A stretch of 64,000 nucleotides of DNA from positions 416,001 to 480,000 of the forward strand of contig OZ241863.1 in NCBI GenBank assembly GCA_965203055.1, given 5' to 3'. Under the pieces are notes generated by a model. That model was not told the DNA's origin and ran no database searches. It worked only from the letters and a program-made list of their open reading frames with translations. Source of the DNA: Spirochaetia bacterium. Its GTDB lineage: Bacteria > Spirochaetota > Spirochaetia > SZUA-6 > Bin103. Shown one piece after another: positions 12,517-24,684 of the stretch (positions within the stretch are counted from its first letter, which is position 1; the number at the start of each line of letters is the position of its first letter). Both the position numbers and the translations under genes were made by a program.

Positions 12517-13542
12517 TCAGTTGCGGTAGTTGATGTACTTGCGGTCGCGGTCGCGCATGCTTTCCAGAAACCGGCCGGCGCCCAGCGCCACGCACAGCAG
12601 CGGGTTTTCGGCCACCGTCACCGGCACTCCGGTTTCCTGCCGGATCAGGCTGGGCAGCCCCTTCAACAGCGATCCGCCGCCGGTCATCACGATTCCGCGC
12701 TCGATGATGTCGGCCGCCAGCTCGGGCGGAGTCTTCCCCAGGTTGCGCTTGACCTCGTCGACCACCTGGTTGGTGATTTCGGTGAGCGATTCGCGGATCT
12801 CCACCGAATCCACCTCCAGGCGCCGCGGCAGCCCGGTAATGGCGTCCCGCCCCATGATCTCCATCTTCTCTATCTTCTTTTCCGGCGCCGCATTGCCGAT
12901 GTTGATCTTGACGCTTTCGGCGGTCTCGTTGCCGATGATCAGGTTGTGCACCGAACGCACGTGCTTGATGATCGCGTCGTCGAACTCGTCGCCGCCGATG
13001 CGGATCGCGCTCGACACCACCATGCCGCCGAGCGAGATGACCGACACCTCGGTGGTGCCCCCGCCGATGTCGCACACCATGTGTCCGGCCGGCTCCAGGA
13101 ACGGGATGTCGGCGCCGATCGCCGCGGCCATCGATTCTTCGATGAGGTACACTTCCCGCGCTCCGGCCTGCTCGGCGCTCTCCCGCACCGCGCGCTGCTC
13201 CACCTCGGTGATGCTGGTGGGAATGCCGATGACCATGCGCGGCTTCACCAGCCAGCGGCGCTGGGTGACGGAGTTGATGAAGTAGCGGATCATCTTCTCG
13301 GTGTGCTCCAGATCGGCGATGACGCCGTCCCGCAACGGTCGTATCGCCGCGATGTCCTCGGGCGTCTTCCACAACATCCGCTTGGCTTCCTTGCCCACCG
13401 CCACGACGTTCTTGGTGCTCTTCTCCACCGCCACCACCGATGGCTCGGAGAGGACGATGCCCTTGCCCTTGACGTGCACCAGGGTGTTGCAGGTGCCCAG
13501 ATCAATACCGATGTCCATGGCGAAATTGCCGAATATGCTCAC
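12517..13542 (-). CDS. mreB: Actin-like protein MreB
   Basis: [32 protein letters not shown]. Confidence 0.98.
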   Translation of the reverse strand: MSIFGNFAMDIGIDLGTCNTLVHVKGKGIVLSEPSVVAVEKSTKNVVAVGKEAKRMLWKTPEDIAAIRPLRDGVIADLEHTEKMIRYFINSVTQRRWLVKPRMVIGIPTSITEVEQRAVRESAEQAGAREVYLIEESMAAAIGADIPFLEPAGHMVCDIGGGTTEVSVISLGGMVVSSAIRIGGDEFDDAIIKHVRSVHNLIIGNETAESVKINIGNAAPEKKIEKMEIMGRDAITGLPRRLEVDSVEIRESLTEITNQVVDEVKRNLGKTPPELAADIIERGIVMTGGGSLLKGLPSLIRQETGVPVTVAENPLLCVALGAGRFLESMRDRDRKYINYRN

Positions 13543-13551
13543 TCTGGTCTC

Positions 13552-14562
13552 CTAACCCCGCAACCGCAAGTTGGCCCCGTGATGCCGTTGATCGATGCTC
13601 CGCGCCCGCCGCCACTCGGCGCGCGCCCGCGCGTTGTCGCCCAGCCCCGCATAGGCGTCGCCCAGGAACAGGCGCGCGTCCGCGGAATCGGGAACGAGGT
13701 CCAGCAGGCGCTGATACTGCTCCCCCGCGTCCGCGAACCGACCCCGCTGCAACAGTAATGCTCCCAGCATGAATCGGGCGCGGATTTCCAGCGCCGGGGC
13801 GCGCGCCCCGGCGCCCGCCTCGGCGGCCGCCTCACCGCCCTCCGCCGCCGCCCGGAACTGCCCTTCCGCCTCTTCGTACCGCCCCAGGCGTTCCAGCAAC
13901 TGGCCCGCCGCCAGGTGCAGCGGGCCGCTCGGGCGCCGCTGCAAGGCGCTGCGAAAGTGCTCCAGGCCGCGTTCCGGCGCGCCGGAACGCACCAGCGCCA
14001 TACCCAGGTACTCGTGGGTGTCAGCCGCGTCGTAGCCCTGCTCCAGCGACTCGGTGAGAAAGCGGACCGCCAGATCGAAGTAGTGGCGGCCCTTGTGGTA
14101 GTAGGCCTTGCCCAGCACGTAGGCGGCCTCGTTGCGATAGCGCAACTCGCGCTTGAGGCGCGCGCGGCGCAGCGCAACGATCGCCTGATCCAGGCGCGGG
14201 ATCGGGTCGCTCCGCTCCGCCTCCGCCAGCGCCAGGTAGAAGTGAGCGATGCCGCGCACCACCAGCGCCTCGCCATCCAGCGGCCGCTGCGCCAGGATAT
14301 CCGCGCTCCGGTCGAGCACTTCGGCGTAGCTGCCGTTGTTCGACAACTCGACCAGCGCCGGCCGGCGGACCGCGCGCGCCATCTCCGTGAGGCTCGCCGG
14401 GACGCCGAAGATCACGGCCGCGGCCACCGCCAGACCTGCGCCCCCTGCGCCAAGCAACGGCAGCCACCGTACCCGGGGATGACGCGGCGCCGTGTACCGA
14501 TACCGCTGCAGCCGGAAATCGTTTCTTCTGACCAAGCGCGGATACCCGCGCCGCCGGTCCAT
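13552..14562 (-). CDS. Membrane-anchored tetratricopeptide repeat protein
   Basis: One TM segment followed by several TPR-like helix pairs. Start chosen at MDRRRG. Confidence 0.8.
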   Translation of the reverse strand: MDRRRGYPRLVRRNDFRLQRYRYTAPRHPRVRWLPLLGAGGAGLAVAAAVIFGVPASLTEMARAVRRPALVELSNNGSYAEVLDRSADILAQRPLDGEALVVRGIAHFYLALAEAERSDPIPRLDQAIVALRRARLKRELRYRNEAAYVLGKAYYHKGRHYFDLAVRFLTESLEQGYDAADTHEYLGMALVRSGAPERGLEHFRSALQRRPSGPLHLAAGQLLERLGRYEEAEGQFRAAAEGGEAAAEAGAGARAPALEIRARFMLGALLLQRGRFADAGEQYQRLLDLVPDSADARLFLGDAYAGLGDNARARAEWRRARSIDQRHHGANLRLRG

Positions 14563-14608
14563 TGCTGGCACCTTGCAGACTACTGTACTCCAAGAGCGCG
14601 GGAAAACA

Positions 14609-15034
14609 AAGAGGCGGGCCTGTAAGCCGGGTTCTGTACCGCGCGCGCCTCGCAAGGCGCCCGCGGTCGCGCACCATCTATCTCGACCGGCCGTCACCGG
14701 CCGGTTCGTGCAGCCTACCCGCAGGCCGGAGGGTCGCTCCCGGACGGGCCGTCCACCTGCTGCTCGGCTTTGCTCCTGGCGAGGTTTACCGTGCCGCCGC
14801 TGTCGCCAGCGGCGCGGTGGGCTCTTACCCCACCTTTTCACCCTCACCGGCGGGGGCGCGGCGCAGCCGCGCCCCCGCCGGCAGTATGTTTTCTGTGGCA
14901 CTGTCTGTCCGCGCCGCCGCCAGGCGCCGCGGCCCGGGAGTTACCCGGCGCCATGCCCTTGCGGAGCCCGGACTTTCCTCCACCGGCCCGCGTCCCGAAC
15001 GGGGCGGCCGGCGGCGGTGCGCCGGCCCGCCTCT
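14609..15034 (-). ncRNA. rnpB: RNase P RNA, bacterial type A
   Basis: Minus strand has GAGGAAAGTCCGGGCTCC near the 5' end and ACAGAACCCGGCTTA near the 3' end. The terminal GAGGCGGGCC and GGCCCGCCTC pair as helix P1. Confidence 0.95.
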
Positions 15035-15056
15035 CACTTGCTTCCTGACCGTCTGA

Positions 15057-15986
15057 TCAGGCGTCCTCGGACGCCTCGGTCCGCGTCTCCGCCAGCGCGG
15101 CCGCTTCGTTCTCCTCGGCCTCCTCCCCGTCCGTCGAGTCGTCGTCGAACATCAGGTCCTCGTCGTCGAACTCGGCGCCGGAGGCATCGACGGCGTCGCC
15201 TTCGAATTCGTCGTCTCCGCCGTAGAATACGATACGACTGCAATTCGGGCAAAACATGATCACCTCGCCGGTACGCACCCGATTGGCGAAGAACGGCGGC
15301 AGAATCATCTGGCAGCCGGTGCACACCCCCGCGCGCAACGCCACGATGCCGAAGTCCTTCTTGGTGCGGATGATGCGTTCGAACTTGAACAGCAACTCGG
15401 GGTCGAGGCCGGGCGTGATCCCGGACTCCTCGGCAATCAGTTCCTGCAGAACCGTCTCGCGTTCGGCTATCTCGGACTCGATGCGCTGCTGCTCGTCCGC
15501 TACCTCCTGGTCCTGCTGCTCGATGAGCGCCCCCTCCTGTTCCAGGGCGGCCTCCATCTCGTCGAGATGCTCCTCCTCGCGCTGCAGCTCGCGCCGCACT
15601 TCGTCCTCACGCTCCCCGGAGTCGCGTATTTCCTTGTCCAGCGCCTCATATTCGCGTTGCGTGTGGATCACGGCCATCTGCCCCTCGTAGTGCTCGCGCT
15701 CACGCTCCGCCTCGATGGCGCGGTCGCGCAGTTCGCGGATGCGCTCCTTGAGCCGGTCGTACAGTTCGCTCTTCTCCACGTAGGAGCGCTTGAGCCGATT
15801 GAGCACTTCGGTCTTGGTGGACAGGGCGCGCGGAATCTCGCTGATCTCGTGCTCGGTGCGAAAGCGCTGTAACTGCACTTCCTGCAGGGTGCGCAACTTG
15901 CGGAGCACCTCCTCCAGGTTCCTGCCCGCGGTCGAGGCCGTCGCTCCGAGGTGCACGGCTGCCGGTTGCATGTTGCTACTACTCAT
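15057..15986 (-). CDS. Coiled-coil protein with C4 zinc ribbon (CT398/HP0958-like) and acidic tail
   Basis: Long coiled coil, CTGC...CPNCSRI, D/E-rich C-terminus. Directly downstream of rpoD. Confidence 0.88.
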   Translation of the reverse strand: MSSSNMQPAAVHLGATASTAGRNLEEVLRKLRTLQEVQLQRFRTEHEISEIPRALSTKTEVLNRLKRSYVEKSELYDRLKERIRELRDRAIEAEREREHYEGQMAVIHTQREYEALDKEIRDSGEREDEVRRELQREEEHLDEMEAALEQEGALIEQQDQEVADEQQRIESEIAERETVLQELIAEESGITPGLDPELLFKFERIIRTKKDFGIVALRAGVCTGCQMILPPFFANRVRTGEVIMFCPNCSRIVFYGGDDEFEGDAVDASGAEFDDEDLMFDDDSTDGEEAEENEAAALAETRTEASEDA

Positions 15987-17728
15987 CTGTCATCGTCCTG
16001 ATGATGGTCCCTCAGGCGATGGCTGAGAAGGGGATGGCGCAAGCGGCGCAACGCCTTGGCTTCGATCTGCCGGATCCGCTCGCGGGTGACGTTGAATATC
16101 AGACCCACCTCCTCCAAGGTAAGCGAGTAGCCGTCAACCAACCCGAACCTCAGCTTGAGCACGTCCTGCTCCCGCTTCGGCAGCTTCCGGAGCACGGCGT
16201 CGAGCTGTTCCTGCAGCAGGGTGAACGCCGTCTGGTTGGCCGGGTTCTCGACGTCCTTGTCCTCGATGAAATCGCCGAGAATCGAGTCCTCCTCCTCTCC
16301 GATGGGGGTCTCCAGCGAGATCGGTTCCCGGGCCACGCCCTTTACCGACTTGATGCGCGTCTCCGACCAGCCGAGGCGCTCGGCAACTTCCTCGTCGGTC
16401 GGCTCGCGGCCGAGCACCTGCATGAGCTGGCGCGACTCCCGCACCACCTTGTTGATCTGTTCGATCATGTGCACCGGAACGCGGATCGTCCGCGCCTGAT
16501 CGGAGATGGAACGGGTAATCGCCTGCCGAATCCACCACGTGGCGTAGGTGGAGAACTTGTAGCCCTTGCGGTACTCGAACTTCTCCACCGCCTTGATCAG
16601 GCCGATGTTGCCCTCCTGCACCAGATCGAAGAAATGCAGCCCGCGGTTGGTGTACTTCTTGGCAATGCTCACCACCAGCCGCAGGTTGGCCTGGATCAGC
16701 CGATCCTTGGCCCCCTTCATCATGACCCGGCCGTGCTCGATCTCCCGGGTCATGGCGAGGATCTCGTCGCAGGTCTGCTCGAACTCGTTCTCCAGGGCGG
16801 CCAGCTTGCGCTCGTTGACCTGGAAGATGCGGATCAGCTCCTTGATCTCCTCCGCCGACAGGCCCAGCTCCTCCTCGATGCGCGCCTGCTTGGCCTTCTG
16901 CGCCAGCCCGCGGCCGAGGTTGCGCAGCTCCCTGGCGTTCGCGACCCGCAACTGCTGCTCGATGTTGTCCTGGTCCTCGGTAATCCGGCGGATCTTGCGC
17001 GCCGCGCCGGCGAACAGCTCGGAGGCCTCGTTGATCTCGTCCTGGTGGAACGCGATGTTCTTGAGGGCGCGCAGAATCGGGGGGCGCAGCGCGGCCAGCC
17101 GATCGTTGCCGAGCACCGCGCCGCCTTCCTCCGAGATCTGCGACTTGGCGTCCAGGTAGCCCTTCAGACTGGCGTACAGCTCGCGGATCGTTTCCTTGTA
17201 CCAGGCGTTCAGCCGCCGGCGGTGGGCGAGGAACTCCGAGGCCTCCTTCTTGGTGAGGTTGAGCTCGCGCGGGTCGCGGGCGGAGCGGGCGCGCTCGGCA
17301 ATGTCGTAGAATTGCGGAATCAGGGCGCCGCTGGAGGTCAACACCTCCTTGATGATGTTCTCGCCGGTCTCCATCTCCTTCGACAGGCGCACCTCGTCCT
17401 CCGCGGTCAGCAGCGTCTCGCGGCCGATCTCGCGCAGGTACAGGCGGATCGGATCGTCCACCGCCGAGTCCTTGTCGCTGTAGACCAGCTTGCGGCTGGC
17501 CGCCGCCGGCGGCTTGTCGGTGTCGTCGGCGACCTCTTCGTCTTCCAGCTTGATGCCGTTCTTCTCCAGAATCGCCCCCACCTCGTCGATACGGTCGGAG
17601 TTGACGATCCAGTCCGGCAGGCGGTCACTCACCTCGTCGTAGGTCACCGTCTTCTTGTGGCGAGCGAAGTCCAGCAGACTTTCCACTACCGGTTCCTGCT
17701 CGAGATCGGTCACCGGTGGCGCTCTCAT
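15983..17728 (-). CDS. rpoD: RNA polymerase primary sigma factor
   Basis: [49 protein letters not shown]. Confidence 0.97.
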   Translation of the reverse strand: MRAPPVTDLEQEPVVESLLDFARHKKTVTYDEVSDRLPDWIVNSDRIDEVGAILEKNGIKLEDEEVADDTDKPPAAASRKLVYSDKDSAVDDPIRLYLREIGRETLLTAEDEVRLSKEMETGENIIKEVLTSSGALIPQFYDIAERARSARDPRELNLTKKEASEFLAHRRRLNAWYKETIRELYASLKGYLDAKSQISEEGGAVLGNDRLAALRPPILRALKNIAFHQDEINEASELFAGAARKIRRITEDQDNIEQQLRVANARELRNLGRGLAQKAKQARIEEELGLSAEEIKELIRIFQVNERKLAALENEFEQTCDEILAMTREIEHGRVMMKGAKDRLIQANLRLVVSIAKKYTNRGLHFFDLVQEGNIGLIKAVEKFEYRKGYKFSTYATWWIRQAITRSISDQARTIRVPVHMIEQINKVVRESRQLMQVLGREPTDEEVAERLGWSETRIKSVKGVAREPISLETPIGEEEDSILGDFIEDKDVENPANQTAFTLLQEQLDAVLRKLPKREQDVLKLRFGLVDGYSLTLEEVGLIFNVTRERIRQIEAKALRRLRHPLLSHRLRDHHQDDDR

Positions 17729-19596
17729 CGAGACACCTCCTCCCCGCGCAGCTTGTTCAGCTCGCTGTCCAAATGGATCTTGTCGGCCAGCAGTTCAGTC
17801 ACCTCCCGCGCCGCGCCGGCGTGCTCCGCCTGGCGTACCTGCTCCAGCAGCCGGTCACGCTTGCGCTCCAGCGCCTGAGACTTCACGCGGCGGATCCCGT
17901 CATTGACGTAGACCTCGGCGTTGACGGTAAATTCGTCACTGCCCAGCTTCTGGGCAACCAGCGCGCGCAGCCTGGGTGATTCCAGGCGCAGCAACAGATT
18001 CTCGGTGTCGTTCTGAGCGTTCCGATAGCAATCCTCCAACGCAATGTACAGGGCGCGCGCGTGCGCGTCCGCCAATTCATCGACCTCCAGCCGCGCGCGC
18101 GTTACGACAAACAGCTCCCGGTTCACGGCTACCGCCAGCATCAGCCGCAGTTCCGACTCCTCCGCTACCGCGCCCGGGTCGGCATCGGCGGCGTCCGGCG
18201 CCGGCGGACGCCGCCGGACGCCGGCCGGAGCGGCGACGCGCCGCCGGAACTCGGCGCGCACGGTATCGTAGTCCAACCGCAGGTGCGCCGCCGCCTCCTG
18301 CAGCAGCGCCTCGCGGGCAATCGCCGATTCGACCTCGCTCACGTAGGGATAGAGGTCGCCAAACGCCTGCTCCTTGCCCTGCGCGGTGCTCAGGTCCTTG
18401 CCGGCGCAGGCCGCCTGAATCATGTATCGGGATGCTGTTATAGGCGATTGCAGCAGGTGCTGCAACTCACTTGCCGCGCCCGCGGCCACCAGGTCCGCCG
18501 GGTCGCGCTGCGCGGGCAGCGGCGCCACCGTTGCCGGCACCTCCTGCCGGGCCAGCTCGCGCAGCGAGCGCAGCGCCGCGCCGTGGCCGGCGCTGTCGGC
18601 ATCGAACATCACCACCGCCCCCAGCCGATAGCGCTTCAGCAGACGCGCGTGCGCGGCGCCGAACGCCGTCCCCAACGTGGCCACCGCCGGCACCCCGAGA
18701 CCGGTAAGGGCAATCACGTCGGTGTAGCCCTCCACCACCACTACCCGCGGCTCGGCGGCGAACGCCCCCGCCACCTCCCCGGCGCCCGCCGGTTCCTCCG
18801 CCGCGGTGGGCGCCGCGCCGCCCCGCCGGGCGGCGCGCAGCAACGGCAGCGCGTGGTTCAACCCGAACATCTGCTCCTGCTTGCGAAAGAAGGGGGTCTC
18901 GGCGGAGTTGACGTACTTCGGAACTCCCTCCGCGGCAAGCGTGCGGCCGCCAAACGCGAGCACCTCGCCGCGCGCGTTGACGATTGGAAACATCAGGCGG
19001 GCGCGAAACAGGGCAGGGAGGTCCTGTCCGCCGCCGCCGCGGCGCCCGAACAGACCGGACTGGGCCAGGAACTGAGCGGAAAACTGCTTGCCGCGCAGGA
19101 AGCGCAGCAGCCAGCCGCGCTCCGCCGGCGCCCAGCCCAGCTTGAAGGCCGCCGCCGCCTGCTGCCCGATGCCGCGTTGCGCCAGGTAGGCGCGGGCGGC
19201 TGCGGCCTCGGCGGAGGTGCGCAGCACGTGCCGGAAGGTGTCCGCGAGGCGGCGGTTGAGCTCCACGTACTCGCGCCGGGTAATCGCTCCGGCCGGCCGT
19301 TGCTCGGTCTCGAGCTGGACGCCGGCGCGCTCCGCCAGCATGCGCACCGCCTCGGGGAACGAGAGCTGCTCCACGTCCATCACGAACTGGATCAACCCGC
19401 CGCCCTTGCCGCAGCCGAAGCAGTAGAACGCCGACTTGTCGGGCGACACGGTGAACGACGGGGTCTTCTCGGTGTGGAACGGACACAGCCCCCAGTGGCG
19501 GCCGCCGCGCGGCCGCAGCGCCGTGTACTCCGCCACCACGTCGACGATTTCGAGCCGGTCGACGATCTGGGCGATCTGCGCCTCAGGAATGCGCAC
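17725..19596 (-). CDS. dnaG: DNA primase
   Basis: CPFHxEKTPSF...CFGC zinc finger, [25 protein letters not shown]. Confidence 0.96.
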   Translation of the reverse strand: MRIPEAQIAQIVDRLEIVDVVAEYTALRPRGGRHWGLCPFHTEKTPSFTVSPDKSAFYCFGCGKGGGLIQFVMDVEQLSFPEAVRMLAERAGVQLETEQRPAGAITRREYVELNRRLADTFRHVLRTSAEAAAARAYLAQRGIGQQAAAAFKLGWAPAERGWLLRFLRGKQFSAQFLAQSGLFGRRGGGGQDLPALFRARLMFPIVNARGEVLAFGGRTLAAEGVPKYVNSAETPFFRKQEQMFGLNHALPLLRAARRGGAAPTAAEEPAGAGEVAGAFAAEPRVVVVEGYTDVIALTGLGVPAVATLGTAFGAAHARLLKRYRLGAVVMFDADSAGHGAALRSLRELARQEVPATVAPLPAQRDPADLVAAGAASELQHLLQSPITASRYMIQAACAGKDLSTAQGKEQAFGDLYPYVSEVESAIAREALLQEAAAHLRLDYDTVRAEFRRRVAAPAGVRRRPPAPDAADADPGAVAEESELRLMLAVAVNRELFVVTRARLEVDELADAHARALYIALEDCYRNAQNDTENLLLRLESPRLRALVAQKLGSDEFTVNAEVYVNDGIRRVKSQALERKRDRLLEQVRQAEHAGAAREVTELLADKIHLDSELNKLRGEEVSR

Positions 19597-20650
19597 GGCC
19601 CGGGGACTGAGCGACTTGCTTCAGGTAGACGAACTTCGCCTCCGAGTGCTCGCTCAGGACACTGGAGAAGTGATGCGACCCGGTGTCCGGATCCTTGACC
19701 ACGAAGTACCGGAAGTCGGTTTCCGCCGGCTGCAGCGCGGCCTGCAGGGCGACGAGCCCCGGATTGGCGATCGGGGCCGGCGGCAGTCCCCGGCGCCGGT
19801 AGGTGTTGAACTCCGATTGGATATCCAGATCCGCCTCGTAGATGCGCTTCGGGTGGGCGGCTCCCTGCAGCTCGGTAATGATGTAGACGATGGTGGCGCA
19901 CGATTCCAGGCGCGCGTTGCTCCGCAGCCGGTTGACGAACACCGACGCAATGATCGGCGCTTCGCTCGCTACCCGATACTCGCGCTCGATGATGGAGGCC
20001 AGGATCACCGTATCGTGCAGCGCGGGCGCCGCGGGCGCTGCGCCCGCGGGCTGAATCTGGGCCAGGCGGTCGAAGAAGGTATCGATCATGCGCCGCGCGG
20101 CCGCTTCGGCGCCGTATCCGCGCGGGAAGTGGTAGGTATCGGGAAACAGATAGCCTTCGGCGCTGCCGGCCTCGACTCCGTAGCTGCGCATCAACTCCGG
20201 GGAGTTCACCGCGGCGCGGAATTCGGCGGCGGCGGTAATGCCGTGCTGCTCCAGATGGGCGGCGATCCTGGTGCTGGTCCAGCCCTCGGGAATCGTGACC
20301 CGCAGCGTGTCGTGCGCGCCGCCGTCTACCAGCAGCTCGAGGATCTCGCCGGCGGTGGCCCCCGCCGGCAGGCGAAAGTAGCCCGCCTGGATCGCCGTTT
20401 CAGCGCCGCGCGCCTTGGCCAGCGCCCGCAGCAGCAGCGGCGAGCGAATGAACCCCGCGCGGTGCAGGCGGTGCGCTACGCCGGTCAGGGACTCGCCGGA
20501 CTGCACGGTGAACAACTGCGCCGCGGGCGGGCTGCCCGGCGCCTGATTCAGGTACCAGACGGCGGCCGCCGCGGCGCCCGCCAACAGCAGGGCGAGCGCC
20601 GCTAGGCGCCGCGACTGGTAAGAATGAACTCGACTCGTCGATTCTTCCAT
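19583..20650 (-). CDS. mltG: Endolytic transglycosylase MltG
   Basis: TIPEG, EGYLFPDTY, LASIIERE, NTY...GLPPAPIANPG. Confidence 0.93.
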   Translation of the reverse strand: MEESTSRVHSYQSRRLAALALLLAGAAAAAVWYLNQAPGSPPAAQLFTVQSGESLTGVAHRLHRAGFIRSPLLLRALAKARGAETAIQAGYFRLPAGATAGEILELLVDGGAHDTLRVTIPEGWTSTRIAAHLEQHGITAAAEFRAAVNSPELMRSYGVEAGSAEGYLFPDTYHFPRGYGAEAAARRMIDTFFDRLAQIQPAGAAPAAPALHDTVILASIIEREYRVASEAPIIASVFVNRLRSNARLESCATIVYIITELQGAAHPKRIYEADLDIQSEFNTYRRRGLPPAPIANPGLVALQAALQPAETDFRYFVVKDPDTGSHHFSSVLSEHSEAKFVYLKQVAQSPGRAHS

Positions 20651-23600
20651 CGGTTCTGCTGATCCTCGAACGGCACCACCGGGTGCGCGCCGCCGACTCC
20701 TTCCGTGGTTATCCGGTCCGCGCTCACGCCCAAGGCCACCAACTCCCGCTTCACGGCCTCGGCGCGCACCGCGGACAGCGGCAGCAACACGTCCTGCTGC
20801 TCCTGCGCCGCCGCCGCCGCGTCCCCATAGAATACGCTGTTGGCGTGCCCCTCGATCAGGATGGTGTGGCCGAGGTTGGCGTTGAAGATCTCCCCCAGAC
20901 GCAAGATGGTGCGCGCGTTGCGTTCCGCCGCCTCGCCGCTCACCAGCGAAAGATCCGCGGAGTCGGGAGGAAAGGTAATGGCAGCGACGCGAATTCTCAA
21001 CTTGTCGCCGTCGCGGATCAGCAACACGTCCACCGGAATCAAGGCGTTGACGATCGCCGCGTTCCCCACCACGTCGCCTACCGCCAGAGCTACCGGGTAC
21101 TCCATCGCCGACTGCACCAGCTCCCCGCGGTCCGACAACCCGTTCCAGGTGATGCTGCCGGCGGGCGCGCCGCGGCCCGAGAAGGTGGTGAACGGGGCCC
21201 CCAGCGGATCGGCGATGGTCATGCTCCAGCCGGCGATCGGGCTGAGGTCGTCGATCGCGATCTCCAGGGTAAGCTCGTCGTTCACGCCGTCGGCGTCCGG
21301 CGAGAACGGTTGCGGCGCCAGCGCCAGCCGGACGCGCGGCGGGGTGCGGTCCAGGAAGAACGACGCCGAGCGCGCGCGCGGCCGGTTGCCCTTCAGGTAG
21401 TCGGCGGACACCTCGGCGACGTAGGCGCCCTCCGGCGCCGGCAGGCCGCGGTCGGTCAACCCGTCCCACACCACTCGTTCCGGCGCCGCTCCGGCGCCGC
21501 CCATGGCGCGCTGCGCCCCCTGCTCGGCATGGATGAGCCGCACCTCCCAGCTACGCATCCCGTTCAACTCCGCGGTGAGGCCGATGGCCTGGGTGTCGCG
21601 CACGTCGTCGCCGTTGGGGGAGAACGCTTCCGCTGCCAGCGTCGCGAACAGCGGCGTCGGCCGGCCGTCGACCTCGATGCCTTCCAGCACCGCGGTGGCG
21701 GCGTTGCCGGCCAAGTCGCGGCCGGTTACCCGGTAGGCGTAGGTTCCGTCCGGCACCACGTTGCCGTTCTCGTCATGGGCGTCCCAGGTGAAGTCGGCCA
21801 GTTCGCTGCGCCAGAAGAAGCTGCGTACCACGTTGCCGGCCCCGTCGATGATCTCCCCCTGCCACCGCTCCTCGCTGGTGGAGGATTGCCGTATCTGCAG
21901 CAGGTCGCGGCGGCCGTCACCGTCGGGCGACAGCAGCAGCAGGTCGGCGGTCAACTCCGCTTCCGGATATCCGGTATCGATCGTGAACGGCGGGCTGCTG
22001 GCGCTGGGGTTGTTGCCCTTGACGTAGGACACCTCCAGCGACCCGAAGTAGTCGCCGTCGGCGACCCGATCGCCGGCGTCGTCGATGCCGTCCCAGATGA
22101 TCTGCTCGGGCACGCCGCCGCGGCCCGAAAGAGTACGCACCACCGGCGCCGCGGCCGGGTCGCCGCGCCCGGCATGGATGCGCAGGGTATAGCGTTCGAT
22201 CCCCTCGCTGTCGTCCAACCTCGGCAGCAGCATCACGTGGTCGGCGACGCCGTCGGAGTTGGGCGAGAAGTGGGTGGCGCTGGTGGTCATGAATACCGCG
22301 GTATCGCCGGTGTCGATACGCAGGTCGATGGCATTGGAGCGGCCTTCGTTGCCGGCGGCGTCGCGCGCCGCCAGGGTATAGCGGTAGGTGCCGTCGGCGG
22401 TCGGGCGGCCGTCGGCGCGGCGTCCGTCCCAGGTATAGCTGGCCGCGGGGCTGCCGCGCCAGGTCCTGGTATGGACCACGGTACCGTCCGCGTCGCGCAC
22501 GGTGGCGGTCCACACCGCCTCGTCGTAGCTCTCATGGACCACCGTCACCGTGTCCTTGATGCCATCTCCGTTCGGCGAAAATACCGTCAGGTCCGCCTTG
22601 ATGACCGCGGCCGGCGCCGTGAGATCGATGACCAGATCGGGCGGCGCGGCCTGCGGCCGATTGCCGCTGGCGTAGACCAGGTCCAGATGCGCGTGGTAGC
22701 GGCCCTCGGGCAGGACGCGGCCGACGGAGTCGCGGCCGTCGAAGACCAGTTCCTCCGGCACGAGCGCGCCGCCGCCGAAGCGGCGCACCACCTCGTCGGC
22801 GGCGTTGCGCACCACCAGTTCCCAGCGCTCGACGCCGGACCGCACCGGGACCTCCAACCGATAGCTGGTGCGGTCATTGCGGCCGTCGCCGTTGGGCGAG
22901 ATGTGTGCGTCGGTGATCCGCACCGCGACCGGTGTGGCCTGCGTACTGATCACGATGTTGCTGAGCCGCGCCGCCGCCGTGTTGCCGGCGCGGTCGGTAG
23001 CGAACAGACGGTAGCTGTAGACGCCGTCGGCGGCCGGGCTGCCGTCGGCGCGCCGGCCATCCCACGACACCGCGGCGGGCGCCGCGCCGTCCCACACGAA
23101 GTCCGCCACCGGCGCGCCGGACGCATCGAGCACCTGCGCCTGCCAGCGCTCTTCGGCGGAGACCTGTTGCTCGATGGTCAGGGTGTCATTGTGGCCGTCG
23201 CCGTTGGGCGAGAACGTCAGTACTTCGGCGCGCGCGGAAGCCTGCGGCGGAGTGTTGTCCACGATCACGGTACGGAGCCTGCTCCGGGCGTGGTTGCCGC
23301 GATCGTCCCACGCTTCCAGGTAGTACCGGTAGGTGCCGTCGGGGACGACGTTGCCGCCGGAGGAGCGGCCGTCCCAACGCAGGGAATCGGGCACCTCGAT
23401 CCCGGTGCGGACGGCAAACAACCGTTCGACCGCGTCCGGTACGCCGGGCGCTTCCGGCTGCCAGTCGCGGTTGCGGATCATGCGGACCACGTTGCCGTCC
23501 GCGTCTTCGATTACCAGTTCGAAGCCCGCCACCAGGCCGCTGTCGACGATGCTGATCGGCAGGATCAGATCATCCTGCACGCCGTCCAGGTTGGGGGAGC

Positions 23601-24684
23601 GGTAGGTTACCTCGGGGCTGTCGATGACGATCGCCGGCGGCTCCGGATCGACGCCGCCCAGGGCCACCCCGGCGCCCAACCCGACGCCCCACAGCTCTTT
23701 GTCCAACGGCGCCGCCGCCACCTGAACCCGCACCTCGCCGGGCGTAGCGGCGCGTTCTTCCGGCGCGGCCCCCAGCGCCGGCGCGTCGAAGCCGAAGCTG
23801 ACGTCGATCCCGAAGCCGGGGCCTCTGCCGGGGGCCCGGTCTCCTACCGCGCCCCCGAACACCGTAACCGGGTAATGGGCCATCAGCCGCAGCACGTCGC
23901 CGATCGCCAGTTCCGCGCCCAGCTCCAGCTTCAGCGCCTGGAGGGTGGGCGCCCAAATGTCGAACTTGGCCCCTACCGACACCTCCTCGTTCGCCAGCGG
24001 GTAGACCGCTACCCCCGCGGCCAGGGTGAACGGCGGCGCGTAGACCTCATACTCGTCCGATTCTTCGCCGACCCCCAGGCCGATCCCGCGGAAGGCAAAC
24101 CCCCAGCTCAGATCCTGCAGCGGCCCGACGGCGCCCACCTGGTGCAGCAATCCAAGGTCGAGCCCGAGGCCGAAGGCGAATCCTTCGCTGCGGTGTTCGC
24201 TGCCCATCAGCAGGCCGGCGCCGGCCCCCACCGAGAAACCGCGGTACAGCTCTCTGGCGAACGACGCGTGCAGGGCGCCCATCGGCCCAAAGGACCACTT
24301 GGGCAACTTCGAGCCGAAGTAGTGGGCGCTGAATCCCCAGGTCCCGGCCGGGGTGGGGACGCTGGCGCCGGCGCTTACCGCGTGGCCGAGCTTTTGGCCC
24401 TGCGTCACCGGAACCAGAGCGGTGTAGCCCAGATCGAAGTTCAAGCGTTGATCGACGGCGGTGACGGCCGGATTGAGGACGTGGGCGGTGGACACGCCGG
24501 TCGTGGTGACGTGGCGCCCGCCGGCCAGCAGAGCGGGCGCGTACAGGGAAAGCAGGTCGCCGCTGTGGGGCACGCCGCCGGCCAGCCCAGCCACCAGCGG
24601 CAGCGCGGCGCCAAGCAGCAGGCGCAGGCGCCCGGCAACGTGGATTCTTCGCGGCGGCGAATGGCGGCGACTTCGGGTGCTCAT
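20602..24684 (-). CDS. Large envelope protein: putative N-terminal beta-barrel, 8 FlgD-Ig-like repeats, C-terminal OmpA-like domain
   Basis: Signal-like N-terminus, amphipathic strands, eight SP(N/D)xDG-type ... WDG ... GxY repeats, and IEGHAN...LSxxRA...NRRVEF at the end. Confidence 0.85.
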   Translation of the reverse strand: MSTRSRRHSPPRRIHVAGRLRLLLGAALPLVAGLAGGVPHSGDLLSLYAPALLAGGRHVTTTGVSTAHVLNPAVTAVDQRLNFDLGYTALVPVTQGQKLGHAVSAGASVPTPAGTWGFSAHYFGSKLPKWSFGPMGALHASFARELYRGFSVGAGAGLLMGSEHRSEGFAFGLGLDLGLLHQVGAVGPLQDLSWGFAFRGIGLGVGEESDEYEVYAPPFTLAAGVAVYPLANEEVSVGAKFDIWAPTLQALKLELGAELAIGDVLRLMAHYPVTVFGGAVGDRAPGRGPGFGIDVSFGFDAPALGAAPEERAATPGEVRVQVAAAPLDKELWGVGLGAGVALGGVDPEPPAIVIDSPEVTYRSPNLDGVQDDLILPISIVDSGLVAGFELVIEDADGNVVRMIRNRDWQPEAPGVPDAVERLFAVRTGIEVPDSLRWDGRSSGGNVVPDGTYRYYLEAWDDRGNHARSRLRTVIVDNTPPQASARAEVLTFSPNGDGHNDTLTIEQQVSAEERWQAQVLDASGAPVADFVWDGAAPAAVSWDGRRADGSPAADGVYSYRLFATDRAGNTAAARLSNIVISTQATPVAVRITDAHISPNGDGRNDRTSYRLEVPVRSGVERWELVVRNAADEVVRRFGGGALVPEELVFDGRDSVGRVLPEGRYHAHLDLVYASGNRPQAAPPDLVIDLTAPAAVIKADLTVFSPNGDGIKDTVTVVHESYDEAVWTATVRDADGTVVHTRTWRGSPAASYTWDGRRADGRPTADGTYRYTLAARDAAGNEGRSNAIDLRIDTGDTAVFMTTSATHFSPNSDGVADHVMLLPRLDDSEGIERYTLRIHAGRGDPAAAPVVRTLSGRGGVPEQIIWDGIDDAGDRVADGDYFGSLEVSYVKGNNPSASSPPFTIDTGYPEAELTADLLLLSPDGDGRRDLLQIRQSSTSEERWQGEIIDGAGNVVRSFFWRSELADFTWDAHDENGNVVPDGTYAYRVTGRDLAGNAATAVLEGIEVDGRPTPLFATLAAEAFSPNGDDVRDTQAIGLTAELNGMRSWEVRLIHAEQGAQRAMGGAGAAPERVVWDGLTDRGLPAPEGAYVAEVSADYLKGNRPRARSASFFLDRTPPRVRLALAPQPFSPDADGVNDELTLEIAIDDLSPIAGWSMTIADPLGAPFTTFSGRGAPAGSITWNGLSDRGELVQSAMEYPVALAVGDVVGNAAIVNALIPVDVLLIRDGDKLRIRVAAITFPPDSADLSLVSGEAAERNARTILRLGEIFNANLGHTILIEGHANSVFYGDAAAAAQEQQDVLLPLSAVRAEAVKRELVALGVSADRITTEGVGGAHPVVPFEDQQNRWKNRRVEFILTSRGA

